Shown piece after piece: positions 1 to 12,400 of a stretch of DNA of 64,000 nucleotides. Location: positions 133,240,001 through 133,304,000 of the forward strand of contig NC_058368.1 in assembly GCF_018350175.1 (NCBI RefSeq), written 5' to 3'. How positions within the stretch are numbered: the stretch's first letter is position 1; every line of letters starts with the position of its first letter. The position numbers and the translations under genes were made by a program. Origin of the DNA: Felis catus. Lineage: Eukaryota. The notes under the pieces were generated by a model. It was not told the origin of the DNA. It did not search any database and saw nothing but the letters and a program-made list of their open reading frames with translations.

Positions 1-135
1 GATCTCGGGGTTCACAAGTTCAAGCCCCAGATCAGGCACTGTGCTGATGGCTGGGAGCCTGGAGCCTGCATCAGATTCTGTGTCTCCCTCTCTCTCTCTG
101 CCCCCCTGCCTCTCACGCTCTGTCTCTCTGTCTCA
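1..135 (+). mobile_element. CAN-SINE, 5' end cut by the window edge, lacking its A-tail
   Basis: B-box-like gttcaagcccc, ggagcctggagcctgc core and CT-rich region. Confidence 0.9.
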
Positions 136-159
136 CACGTTTGCACATGTGAATTAATA

Positions 160-364
160 TTTATTAATGTTTATTTATTTTTGGGAGAGAGAAAGAGAGA
201 GAAAAAATGCAAGTGGGGAAGGGGCAGAGAGAGGAGGACAGAGGATGGGAAGAGGGCTCTGTGCAGATAGTAGCAAGCCCTATGTGGGGCTCCAAATCAG
301 CAACAGGGAGATCATGACCTGAGCGGAAGTCTGACACTTAACAGACTGAGCCACCCAGGGGCCC
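160..364 (-). mobile_element. CAN-SINE
   Basis: aatgtttatttattttt tail, (GA)n, ends actgagccacccagggggccc-like. Confidence 0.9.
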
Positions 365-546
365 TGCTACGAAAATTCTGAAAAACAAAAACAATAGGAG
401 GAGACAGTTTCTGCCAGATATGGAAACAATATTCGAAACTGACACTGAACCTTAAACAGACTAATGGAAAAAAAAAATAGAGAGTCTAGAAATAGACCCT
501 CCACACATGGGGTTTATTGTGTGATAAACATGGCTTTTCCAGTCAG

Positions 547-1082
547 TGGTGGGCTGAGTGTTAGCACTCAGCTCCATTCTTAACCTTCCTTGCTCTCATG
601 TGCTGGAAGTCAGTACCCAACATTTGCAGACTCCCTCATCATCTTCCCTTGGTTCAGTTCTGTGAATGGGTGGCATTGGTCGGGATGAAGAGGCAAGAGT
701 AAGAAGAAACCAATTTTGTGCTTCTAGTGCCTCTTCTGGTTGTGGTAATACCATCAATGGCAGGCAATTTGGGCTTCCCTAGTATCAGTGAGAGTGGTAG
801 CGGTTTCAAAAACATCCTTAAAGTTTCTGGATTCCTGCTCAGTGTTTGCAGTGAGATTACAAAAACGCAAATGACTGGGTTGCCCACAGTTCAGCAGCAA
901 ACATCGACCTGTGGTTTCCAGTCCAGGGCACTGGTGGCTTCATGACCCCTGAGTAATATCCCTTTTCCCTTTGCTTCTTCAGGCCATCAATGTCTTTGTC
1001 ACTAATTCATTGCATTAAATTTCCCTCTGCTTGAAATCTCCAGGGTGCTTTTGGATTTCCTGGCAGGACACTAAGTGATACA
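547..1082 (+). mobile_element. ERVL solo LTR (LTR33-like)
   Basis: 3' end attaaatttccctctgcttgaaat...tttcctggcaggacactaagtgataca resembles LTR33; L1 resumes on both sides. Confidence 0.65.
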
Positions 1083-1516
1083 CAGAGAAAATAACAAGTA
1101 TTCAATAAATGATATTGGTGAAAATAGGTAGTCAGCCTCTGAAAAAAAGTAATAAATAAGTGTGGTTCCCTACATGACATCTTATCAAAATAGGTTTTAG
1201 ATGAATCAAAGATTTGGATGTAAAAGAAGTTAAGTCATAAAAGTACAGAAGAAAGCCTAGTGGATTTCAAAAATAATAAACTCAGAGGGAAGATCTTTCT
1301 AAGACATTCCCAATTAGAGACATTTGAACAATTTAATTCCATAAAAGATGTTGGCATGCCAGAAAAAAAAAATTCCCAGCACAAAGGAAATCAAAAAACA
1401 GGAAAAATATTTGCAATGGATATCCACAGACAAACACCAGCACCCCAATAGAAAATTCAACAAAGGTCATGGACAGAAGGTTTGCAGAAAGGATAGATGA
1501 ATGATTTTTAAACAAG

Positions 1517-1810
1517 TCAGAATTCAGTAGCGAAACCATCTGGTTCTGGGCTTCTGTTTGCATGGAAGTTTTTAATTGCTGACTCAATCTCTTCCCTCAT
1601 TATCAGTGTGTTCAGATTCTTTAGTTCTTCTTGATTCAGTCTGGATAGATTGTGTGTATCCAGGAATTTATCCATTTCTTCCAGGTTGTCCAGTATGTTG
1701 GTATATAGCTGTTCACAGCAGTCTCTGATGATCCGTTTAATTTCTCTGGTGTCAGTGGTAATGTCTTCACTTTCATTTCTGATTTTATCCATTTGGACCT
1801 TTTCCCTTTT
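1517..1810 (-). mobile_element. L1 ORF2 fragment (pre-RT region), inverted
   Basis: ORF 1517-1792 reads DITTDTREIKRIIRD..LDNLEEMDKFLD..SPEPDGFATEF, typical L1 ORF2. Confidence 0.9.
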
Positions 1811-1839
1811 TTTTTTTTCTTTTTTGTAGTTACTCTAGT

Positions 1840-2021
1840 TACGATGTGACAATTTTGTTTGTCTTGGACAGGGTTGGATGTGTCTATTACCTCGATGATG
1901 GTGCTGGGATCCTGAGTGTGTGCATATGACCATGAGTGTCTGCAGATGTCCAAACTCCTCACATTGTACACATTAAATATATGCAGTCCTTTGTATATCA
2001 ATCATACTTCAATGAAGCTGT
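1840..2021 (+). mobile_element. L1 (L1MC-like) 3'UTR end
   Basis: attgtacacattaaatatatgcag...tcaatcatacttcaatgaagctgtt. Confidence 0.65.
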
Positions 2022-2144
2022 TGGAAAATACTCAGTCTCATAATAAGTAAATGCACACTAAAATCACAGTAGATATCATTTCCACCTATCAGATTGGCAA
2101 AACAAACAAAAACAAAACAAAAAACAAAGCTTGATAATGCACTC

Positions 2145-2718
2145 TGTTGATTTTAAAATATAACCACAAATTCTTTGATACTCTTTCCCCTATAGAGAGG
2201 GAACTTAATTTTCCTCTCTCTGAGGAAAGCCCAATGTCAGCTGGTGTTAGTGACTCGCTTGTAATGAACAAAACACAGTAGACATGATGGTTTGAGACTT
2301 CTGAGACTAAGTCATGAAAGGTCATGAAAGGCTTGGCTGTTTCCTACTTGCTTTCTCTTTCTTGGGTCCTTGCTCTGGGGAAAGCCAATTGCTTCAGAGT
2401 GTCCCCTGAAGACACTCAAGGAGCCCAATGGAGAAGGTGACATGGCAGAAACTGAGGCATCCTGCCAAGCAGTCAGCAAGGAACCAAGGCTTTCTGTCCA
2501 TATTCATTGAATGAGATATTTTGGAACTGGATCACTAGGCCCCATTAAGCCTTTGGATGACTGCAGCATTGGCAACAATGTTGTGAGTGGCAGCAAGGCA
2601 GAACCACTAAGCTAGGCTCTTCTTACATTTCTGTCTCATAGACACTGTGAAACAATACATGTTCTTTTAAGCCATTAGGTATTGTGGTAATTTGTTACAC
2701 AGCAATTGATAACTAATG
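2145..2718 (+). mobile_element. MaLR solo LTR (MLT1F-like)
   Basis: Starts ..accacaaattctttga; ends aagccattaggtattgtggtaatttgttacacagcaattgataactaat. Confidence 0.8.
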
Positions 2719-3995
2719 GACTCACTCGTGAGTGTGTGGGAATTGGCACCCTCATAATTTGCTGGTAGGAATATAAATTGTACAATGCTATGGGGACATA
2801 TAAGACAATACTAAGTAAAATGAAAATGTAATTTCACATTTAGAAATACATCCAGAGATATACTCACACAGGTGTGAAATGTCAAAAGTTTATTATTTAA
2901 TAAATCTATGCTTATTTAAATTTAACATATTTAATAGAAGTCCCATTTATTACAGTATTGTGTGTAATGGCAAAGAGTGAAATCTACATGTATGTTGTTA
3001 TTGGGACTATTTAAACATGATACATCCACATGACAGAATTCTACGCAGCTGTTAAAAGGAATAATGTAATTCTATAACAAGGAACAAAACAACACATATG
3101 GTACTATTTGTGTGATACAGAAGAAGAGAGTATGTATAGATTTTCTTTGAATGGACATGCAAGAGACTGCTAACAGTGGGGATGGGGATCAAGGAGTGTG
3201 AGAGAACTTTTTACCATAGGTTCTTTTTGGCTATCTTTAGAAAAAAAATCTTACCATGTGCATGCATTACCTATTCAAATTATTAAATAATTGGAAAACC
3301 AACATAGATGAATGGTCATCCACTTAAGAGATAGTTTCTAAATGTGTAGCTGATGTAGAACTGGAAAACCTTCTGCTACAATCATGAAAGTGGGAGAATA
3401 TTTTCAAGCCTGGAATCTAACTTCAGAGAATTATAGGCTAAGCCATTGTATTTCCTTCTGTTTAGAGAAAGAATAGATTTATAGGAGGTGAGTAGTCTGC
3501 TTCAAGTCTAGCTAAAGAGAAACTGGAGAGCAAAGATTTGTCAATATTTACTCAGGCCAAGGGAGAAAGGAAGTATTTAGTAGACATGCATAGTTTAATA
3601 CTGGGGAGGAATATTTTATATGAGTCAAGCAGCATTCAGTTCCCTTGGTTTGGATTCTGTGCTCAATCGAGCAAACTTTCAATTACTAATAATTACTAAT
3701 TAAGCTTCCCTAGGTTTTTACAAGAGATCTCTTTCATATTAGACACAAGTATTGTTATCCCTATAGCACTGTAGATCTCATTAAAAATTTTAAAAAGGCA
3801 TTTTAGGTTATTGTATCAATCTTTGAAGAGTTAGATTTGTGTGAATCAGGCCCCAGAGCCTCAACAGCAATGGCTGCTCTGACCTGATGAAGTTTCTTGA
3901 CACACAAAATTGAGGGGAAGCATCCACTTAGGTGCCATCTTCTTCTGTGGCCAGTGGAGTGGCCAGTCTCTCTCTCTTTTGGACAGATGAGTCTC

Positions 3996-4109
3996 TTATT
4001 TTTAAAGATTTTATTTTTTAATTACTCTCTATATCCAACATGAGGCTCGAACTCACAACCCTGAGATCCAGAGTCACATGCTCCACCGACTGAACCAGCC
4101 AGGTGCCCC
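3996..4109 (-). mobile_element. Short CAN-SINE (no CT region)
   Basis: tRNA-derived head; TSD agatgagtctc at 3985-3995 and 4110-4120. Confidence 0.9.
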
Positions 4110-4749
4110 AGATGAGTCTCCCTTTTTGAAATGTAATAGGGATATACAAAGCGAAAGGGAGAGCATGCCAATAACAGTTCATATGAAAAATCCCTGTGTG
4201 ATCTGATGGTATGGCCCAGCTAAGAAAAGAAGGCTGAAGGAGAGCTCAGTTCCACAGTGGTCAGAGACCAGATAATGAGAAACCATCAGCTCCTGGGATT
4301 CCTTGGTAATTCATTCGGAAAACTTTCACCTTTATAATTTGAGAGGAATATGACCTAATATCCTTGCAGGTTCCCAGAATTACTGAAGCCATGATAGGAT
4401 ATCATTTGCACTTTAAAACACATGCATAATAAAAGTCACACTGAGATTTGAATACTGGAGTATCAGCTAGGCACAATCATGAGCTAAATGATTTAAATGA
4501 TGTAAATGTCATACCAACCTGGTAGCATCAATCCAGATTTTTTTTTTTTTTTTGCCATTACCAAAGGACAAATTACTATAAGGTATGTGTCTTTACAGTC
4601 ATCACGAATAGTTAAAACTGCAAGGGTCAACTTGGTGACTGTCAAAAGTCAACTGTACTTAGCCCAGGTCTGGGCACCTCACTTAACGAGGATTGCTGAC
4701 TGACCTGAGAGGGTGGGAAGGTTGGACCTGTGTCTACCCAAGCATTTAC

Positions 4750-4825
4750 CCATCCATTCACTTACTCATTTATTTAACTCACATTTGTTGAATATCTCCT
4801 ATTTGCCAAGTGCTGTAGTAGGTTT
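4750..4825 (-). mobile_element. L2 3' end fragment
   Basis: cattcacttactcatttattt..catttgttgaatatctcctatttgccaagtgctg. Confidence 0.6.
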
Positions 4826-5994
4826 TTGGGTAGTCTGTTATGGGAACTCCAGATATACTACCAAAAGAGAAGACTTTAAGGGGACATGGAAGCTATGTGA
4901 AGAGGGACGAGGCTCTTCTGTGTTCTTCCAGAGGGCACAACTAGAGACAGTGAGTAGTGGATAAAGAGCGTCACACTTGGCATAAATTGCAAATGAAATT
5001 TTTGACTTTGGATTGAGGTGACCAACATCGGAATCCACTGCTTTGCAAGACAGTGACCTTCCGGCCAGTCAAGGGAACTGTCAGAGCACAGATACAGAAG
5101 GAGGGGCCTGGAAGGACTCAATGAGCTGAGCAAGATCCCAGGGCCCAGCACCCTTGGCACCCGGAATGTGAGTCAGCCCGGCCAGCCCACCCTTATCATG
5201 TAGTGATTTCACTTTTAAACTCAAAGCTCCATGATAGGTTGTAATTTATAATTTTGATGAAACACATGCTTCAAGGCTGACATGTGGGAGTGAATCCCTG
5301 AGCTAGCAAGCAGATAGCCACATCTGAAGGAAACTTTGAAGTTTGAGGCTGGTGGAGTGTGGTCACTGTGGTCAGTGCTTCTGGTAATGAGCAAAAAAGG
5401 GGAGGTTCCTATCAGCAATATGAGGTTTCAGATAAATTAGAGTGGCAGTTAAATTCAGGGGTGATGTGGATCCATGATATGAAATTGTTTCACTGAACAT
5501 TCTACAGTTTTGGCAATCTGCCTCAGAGGTGTGTGGGGATATGTTCAAGAAGGACAAGAATATTTTATACTCATTCAACTATATTCCTCAGTGTCCCTTG
5601 ATCTTTGTCTGTAAATAATTTGAACAATACCGGTTATGAAAGAAGGAGAAAGGATCCTTAATAAAAATCTTACCACTCAGGTAAGAAGTATGGGGAAGCA
5701 ATTTCACAGAGTCTCAGGATCCGTGTTTCCCTGCAGGTCTGTACAGGAAATGGAAGAATCTGGCTCCATGAGACTTGATATTCCAGGGAGGTGTGCTACA
5801 TTACAGGCACATCCAAGCCGTTTCAGCCTTTCTTTTAAGGAACAGGCCTATTCCTGTCATCTCTAGGCCCGAGGGACTGTTTCAATGTGAACAGTTTTTC
5901 CCAGGATACCGAAGGCAGTTCAGGCTTAAATACCGAAGACATAGCCAGACTTTCAGGGGATGACCCCAACCTCTTGAGGTTCCCTTTTATAAAC

Positions 5995-6188
5995 ATTCTT
6001 AAAGCACAATTCTTGGACCACCAGCATCTGCATCACTGGGGAACTTGTTAGAAATACAGACTTCCAATCCTCCCCACTCTCTCCCTTCCAGATGTACTGA
6101 ATCATAAACTCAGGGGGTAGGAGGGGTATTAGCAATTAGTGTTTAACAAGCCCTGCCGGTGATACTGACGAGCGCTAGAGGTGAGGAA
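5995..6188. mobile_element. MER5A-like hAT-Charlie MITE
   Basis: accagcatctgcatcactggggaacttgttagaaat..actgaatca..tgtttaacaagccct..gtgatactga. Confidence 0.8.
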
Positions 6189-6398
6189 TGGTAGAAGATG
6201 TTCAAGACCAGGAAGGTTGACTTGGCTTTAATGGTTGGTTTATGTCCAACCTGGTCTCTGTGCCGGGGAGGAGAGTGCTCACGGAAGCCAACAGTGACCC
6301 ACACCATCTCTATTTGCATCCAGAATCTACTGGGTTTTCCGGCATTTCCTGGAACACAGAACAGTTAATAGAAAATGTTGTTAGAAGCTTTCTGTTTG

Positions 6399-6617
6399 CA
6401 GGCTCCTTGGTGGCTCAGTCACTTAAGCATCTGACTCTTGATTTTGGCTCAGATCATGACCTCACAGTTTGTGAGAAGGAGCCCTGCATTGGGCTCTGCA
6501 CCCACAGAGCCTGCTTGGGATTCTCTCTCTCCCTCTTTCTCTGTCCCTCCCCTGCTCACACTTTCTCTCTCTCTCTCAAAATAAATACACGAATATTAAA
6601 AAAAAAAAAAAAGAAGA
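6399..6617 (+). mobile_element. CAN-SINE
   Basis: Full body and A-tail; 16-bp TSD agaagctttctgtttg at 6383-6398 and 6618-6633. Confidence 0.95.
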
Positions 6618-8599
6618 AGAAGCTTTCTGTTTGGCTCCCTGTGGCCTTGCCAAGGTTGAAGTGGCACCCAGAGTTTTCACAACTGGAAAATGGAGATGTC
6701 AGCACACCCATGATAAGTCCTGACCAGTGATTCAGTTTGCAGAAGTGTGCCGAGACCCCCAAGCCAGCTGCTTTTTTGCGTATTTCTACCTGTGAAGCTG
6801 TCAACACAGCACTTTTTGCCAGCTCCAGTTTTAGCTGGGAAAGCCAAAGCCCAACCCTGTATATGATTCATATCGTCTATTACTAGAATTTACCAAATTA
6901 AATGTTTCATAACTAGAATTCTCTACCTGTGTGTGTGTGTGGGGGGGGGTGTGTGAATGTTGTTCACCTAGTAAATTTTTCAATCATAGTCATTTTCCTC
7001 CTCCCTTAGACACTTCCTTCTTGTTTTTCTTCTTTATTGCAGGCTTTGTTTATGTGACAGCTGTTTTACATTGAAATCAACAAGCACCCCACTTCGGGGG
7101 AATAAATGTCAGGAGAACAGCAGGAAGCCTGTTTCTTCCTGTTACATCCTATCCCTGCTATAAATGTGTGTGACCACTAATGACAAGTCCACACCTGGAA
7201 GCTAAGAGGTTGCCCACATTTCCCCAAAGAGCCCAGGGATGGGGGAGGTCTGAAGTATAAACCTCCAGTGGACCTTCCATAGCAGCGATTGATTCCGCCC
7301 ACTCATTGTTTATGTTTTCAGTGTGTTTGTGGAGTCATAAACAGAGACTGCCCAGAGGGAAGGGGAGGCTGAGGAGGAGTGTGGAGAACAGGAGGACTTG
7401 CATTTGGATCTGCAGCCCCTATGGCAACAGGTCCATAATAGAGTGGTTTGTGATGTGGGGGAGAAGTCCCTGACACCGCTGGATCTCACCTGCTTAAAAA
7501 CATAGACTATTTGTCAGTTCTCAAGTGTCATATTTCCAGGTGGTGCTCTGGTTAGCAGATGGTTAAGTGCTTAATGAAGTCTGTTTCTGTTTTTATTGAT
7601 GGCAGCTGATTTCAGACCTTAACCCTGTAATTTCTGCTCTCTTTCCTACAGTCTGTGGGAAGGAAATAGGAAAGAAAGGGAAAATAAAATACCAAAATGC
7701 ATAGAGTATGCTCAGAAATTCTAATTTTGGAGTCCTCAGTACATACTCTTATTAGAAAATGACCCTTAAAAATTTGGGATGTGGTTCCCTCTGGTTAGAG
7801 AGGGGTGGGGGAGGTTCCCTGGCATGCTCCCCTCCTCTCTCCTGGGTGGGGTTCTGGAGGCCAGATGAGGAGCCGGCCCTAGTTACACTGCTTAATGGAT
7901 CTGTTGTATCTGGGCTTATGGATAATAGTGGGTCTCTTCCTATAAACCTCTGTCTGGTAGTTAAAGAAAGGGCAATCTTGCACGAATAGAACAATGTGGA
8001 TTGGCCTTTACTTGGTACACCGACCTCATTCTAGTACTGTGCGTGTCTTTATACAAAACGTCTGTGCGATAAATAAAGGTCAACAGAGCAGTAGGCAGCC
8101 TGCTTCATCCCATTATGTCCTTGTCTCATCACAAACCAGTTTAGCCTCCAGACCTTCCTGACGGTACAAAGCTTTCAGGGTGGCTTTGCCTCAGAACTCT
8201 GGGTGGTACGGCTGTCCCACTGCTCTATTGATAGTAATTTTCCTGAACAGCATTCAGGATCCTGGTGGGAGCTGGGGTGGGTGAGATTGTAGCTAAATAG
8301 GGGAGCAGATGCTGACTCAAGTTCTTGAAGGGTCTTGTGCCTGCCCCTACAGGCAGCCCTGACATGGAAACTGCCCCCTTCCAAACAAAATGTGGGAGGT
8401 GTGCAGAAGGTGGGGGGTTGGGGGACGGCTGGCAGGGAGTTGGCTGGAGGAAAGATTCATAACAGTGTATAGGTATGAAATGGAGGCTATTCCTAAAGAA
8501 ATGGAGTCCCCAGAACACATCAGTGTGTTATGGCTCCCAGTATTCTCCCATGTTAAATCCCATTAGGATGAATCACAGGGGTGGGTCTGAAGGTAACAG

Positions 8600-8634
8600 G
8601 TATTGAACCCTTGCTATGTGGTAGGCATTGTTCA

Positions 8635-8668
<34 letters not shown>

Positions 8669-9105
8669 TTTTCAACGTTTATTTATTTTTGGGACAGAGA
8701 GAGACAGAGCACGAACGGGGGAGGGGCAGAGAGAGAGGGAGACACAGAATCGGAAACAGGCTCCAGGCTCTGAGCCATCAGCCCAGAGCCCGACGCGGGG
8801 CTCGAACTCACGGACCGTGAGATCATGACCTGGCTGAAGTCGGACGCTTAACCGACTGCGCCACCCAGGCGCCCCTAGGCATTGTTCATAATACATTGTG
8901 TACATGGTCTCTTGGAGTCCCTAAAACAATGGATTCTCATTTCATCCTCATAATAATCCTCTGATGTAAATAGTCTTATTGTCTGAAATTTCACAGAAGA
9001 ATGAGTAGCGGTTAAAGAAGGTTCCTGGAGTCACACTGGTGGTTTAAGTGGAGAACCAGGGATTCTAACTCAGATGCTATAAATCCAGACTGTACACTTA
9101 ACCAC
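8600..9105 (-). mobile_element. MIR interrupted by a young SINE
   Basis: tattga..gctatgtg..aggcattgttc, atcctcataataatcct, atttcacagaaga, ggattctaactcag. Confidence 0.65.
8636..8875 (-). mobile_element. Young felid CAN-SINE (SINEC_Fc-like)
   Basis: CpGs intact, long T tract, perfect TSD taggcattgttcat at 8622-8635 and 8876-8889. Confidence 0.97.
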
Positions 9106-9216
9106 CGTGAAGAATCAGTCTCAGACTTCAATGTGCATCCAGATCACTTGGAGATCTTTTTAAAAGCAGAAACTAATTCCACTGGTCTGAAGTAGGGCCT
9201 GGGATTCTGTATTTCC

Positions 9217-9445
9217 TTTTTTTTTTTTTTATAACATTTATTCATTTTTGAGAGACAGAGAGTGTGTGATGGGGGGAGGAATGTGTGTGGGGGTGGGGAG
9301 GAAGAGAGGGAGATACAGAATCCAAAGCAGGCTTCAGGCTCAGAGCTGTCAGCACAGAGCCCGATGTAGCTCTAACTCACCAACAGGGAGATCGTGACCT
9401 GAGCTAAAGTTGGATGCTTAACCGACTGAGCCACCCAGGTGCCCC
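9217..9445 (-). mobile_element. CAN-SINE in the tail of the adjacent short SINE
   Basis: Complete body with T tracts on both sides. Confidence 0.92.
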
Positions 9446-9573
9446 TTCTTTTTTTTTTTTTTTTGAGATAATTTTTTTATTTTGAAGTATTTCTACTCCC
9501 AATGTAACACTCAGACTCACAACCCCAAGGTCAAGAGTCACATGTTCTACCACCTGAGCCAGCAGGGCACCCC
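9446..9573 (-). mobile_element. Short CAN-SINE
   Basis: TSD tg(g/a)gattctgtatttc at 9200-9215 and 9574-9589 brackets both SINEs. Confidence 0.88.
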
Positions 9574-11913
9574 TGAGATTCTGTATTTCTAACAGGCTCC
9601 CGAGTGATGCTGGTGCTTAGTGGGCTGCTCCAGGCTTTGGGCCACCCTTAGACAGGAGATAAATGATTTGCCTATGAGCCCAGGGCCTGGACTCCCGTCT
9701 CCGGGAACAGCAGCCTGTTTCACATTGTGCCACCCGCCCTGGCCACTCTCTTCTCCAGGAAGGAGACTGGAGAAGGTATTTCTGGAATTTCCACTGTGAC
9801 ATTCACTCCCAGGCTGCAGAGAAAGCCTTGTATCCACGACCGTGCAGCTTCCGCCTCCCTGTTTTCATAACCGTAGGGGCCATAGTGTGCAGCAGCAAGA
9901 ACATAAGAGCCATGCTGCTTAGAGCTGTAGATTCACGTCCTCGATCCCTACCCTCGGCTCTGCCCTTAGAGTCTAAATTCTGTTTTATGGCCACAGAAGA
10001 CATTTTTGTGTGTCTCTTGTTTGTACTAGTGAAATGGAAACAGTCCTGGATGGGAAGGCAGCGGCTTGAGTTCCATCCCCAATTTACTTCTTCATTTGGT
10101 CAGTGATTGGAAGCTAGAAGCTTAGCCTTTCTTCGTCTTCATTTTCTATATTGCTAAATGGGGCTAATAAAACTAATGCCCAATCTGTAGTTTAGGAATA
10201 CTCCAAAGATTAAGGAACTTGCATTTATAGAGCAATTTGAGCTCCCTTGGAAATAAGTTCTTATTATGGAAATGTATAAATAATAATATAATTATGGCCC
10301 AAATCTGTGAATGCCTTCTGTGGCATTCAGCCATTCATTAGGCTTAATGACCAAGCCTTTCTCTTTGGTTTTAAAAACCTCTCCTCATTACAACATTTCC
10401 CTGAAGTAGTCAAAGGAAATGGCCTGCTTGAAATTCACACTCAATTTCACCATCAGTCAAACCCCACTTAAGTGCCAAGACACTGCATTTTTAGAGGATT
10501 CCACGTCACCCATCCAGGCTGGAGCAGTGTGTGTGGCTGGGCTTCCAAATGGAAACAGTCAGAAACGGATGCACTCAATGCAGACCGGCTACAATGGAAC
10601 TCAGACTGTTTCTTTGTTTCCCTGAGAATAGCCCGTCTTTTGGTCAGTTCCCGGCGGGTTCATATTTGCAATCGCCAGTTCTGCGGGCTGCATTACTTGG
10701 AACAGCCAAGAGAAAATTCTCTCGGCGGGCATCCAGAGCCTGGGAAGGACGCAGGCTGTGAGAACACGTCTGACAGGCACTTTGAATCTGTTATCCAAAG
10801 TGCCACTTCTCACTTGCTCTGCAATACACAGAGAAATTGTTCTTGTCTTAGGGCAAGATTGCTTTATTCTGAAAGGCAGAAGTTCACCTGGCGTATTGTC
10901 TGCCAGGGAATCAGGCAATCACGTTGAGACGATATTTTATCTTGTACATGGCTGTCTTAACCATCTTTCAATCACTTCATTTTACAATCTTATGTTTTAC
11001 TTCCCCTGTCTCCTGACATGCAGCATGGACTTCTCATGACTTTTCCCATTTGATTTTCATTTGTTCCCCTGTCACATGCGTTGTGAAGCGAGGGGTTCAC
11101 ATTGCTGGTGACCAAGATGAGGGTTCAGAAATCATTTATACTGAATGATACATTTAGTATATCATTTATCCACAGCTGGGGCAGGGCTGTGCGAATCCTA
11201 GTGCACTCAGAGACCTACAGCATGGATTGGTTTGTTTGTCTCCTGCCAAAGAGATTATCTGTGATTTTCATGTAAAGGGATGAAATGGTGAATGGAGTCC
11301 ACAGCTCTCCCAGTGACACTTTGTCTAAATAGTCCTTCTCATGCGGACTATCTCCCGAGGCTGCTCATTCTGGTCTGCTTGTCCCATTTGTAGTTTTAGT
11401 CTTGCCCTTCCTCTAGGTCCCTTCTGCTTCCCCTTCTCCCTACTTTCTTCTCTTTTTCTTCTTCCAAGTCTTTGCTTTGTATCTGGGAGAGCTGCCCATT
11501 TTTCTTGCCACTGTACTTAGGATTCTGGTTTCTGAACTGTCTTCCAGTAAATCCCATCACAGAAATCTAGGTGAAATCCACTGTGCCATCCCAACATGGC
11601 CACCTCGATTGCCCTCCCCTCTTCTGTTTGCAATCAAATCTTGAATAGCCCAATCAAATCTTGAATAGTCAGAATTGACTGTTACTTTTCCTGGTAGGTT
11701 TGAATCCATCATGGTGCTAGAAATATGAGAATATGCCTACAGGTGCTGTGGAAATGAAATCAAACACTTTTATAAAGGGCAGAAGTATCATCGCACCCAA
11801 TCTGAGTTCTGGTTCTGCCTAAATTGGCCAGTGCTGTGCTCTCCTGTTCCTGCCCTGCCCTTGCCAGGGAGGCGGACGGTGGAGGCCCATGGGGAATTTG
11901 TTTATTCCCATTC

Positions 11914-12132
11914 TTTTTTTTTTTTTTAAGTTTATTTATTTATTTTGAGAGAGAGAGAGACATTGAGTGTGAGCAGGGGAGGAGCAGAGACAGGAGAGGG
12001 AGAGAATCCCAAGCAGGCTCCATGCTGCCATTGCAGAATCACATGCCAGGCCCGAACCCATGAAACATGAGATCATGACCTGAGCTGAAATCACAAGTCA
12101 GATGCTTAACTGACTGAGCCACCCAGGGGCCC
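11914..12132 (-). mobile_element. CAN-SINE
   Basis: T tract, gagagaatcccaagcaggctcc, gagatcatgacctgagc, ccacccaggggccc. Confidence 0.93.
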
Positions 12133-12269
12133 TGCAGAGTGGCTCATTCTTGCTGGCTGGCCAGAATCTGACTCTTTCTTGAAAAGTTTTCTCAAGTTGC
12201 CTGCTTCCTATCACATGGAAACATGGGTTTTACAACCAGCAGGGAGGTTCTTCTTCTTAATGGCTGTTA

Positions 12270-12400
12270 GACTTTGAGCTTTGTTCCCCCATCTATAAAA
12301 TGGAAATGCTACTATGTGCCACATGGGATTGCTGTGAGGCTAAAACAAAATAATCTATGTGAAATATTTAGTATAGAGTCTGGCATATATTACGGCAATG
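12270..12400 (+). mobile_element. MIR fragment
   Basis: ttccccatctataaaatgg..gattgctgtgagg..tatgtgaaatatttagtatagagtctggcata. Confidence 0.7.

Larger units (their letters stand above)
370..3295 (+). mobile_element. Old L1M (L1ME-like) ORF2 3' part and 3'UTR, split by three insertions
   Basis: Colinear L1 motifs at 370-546, 1083-1516, 2022-2140 and 2720-3295 (ctagaaatagacc, attcaataaatgatattgg, cctatcagattggcaaaa, tgcattacctattcaaat). Confidence 0.7.
9115..9645. mobile_element. MER5-family MITE hosting two SINEs
   Basis: tgtgcatccagatcacttggagatc..gggcctgggattctgtatttc [SINEs] taacaggctcccgagtgatgctg. Confidence 0.75.

Noticed and set aside
10472..10927. Overlapping 151-aa and 105-aa ORFs
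   Set aside because: No homology I recognise; explained by locally higher GC.
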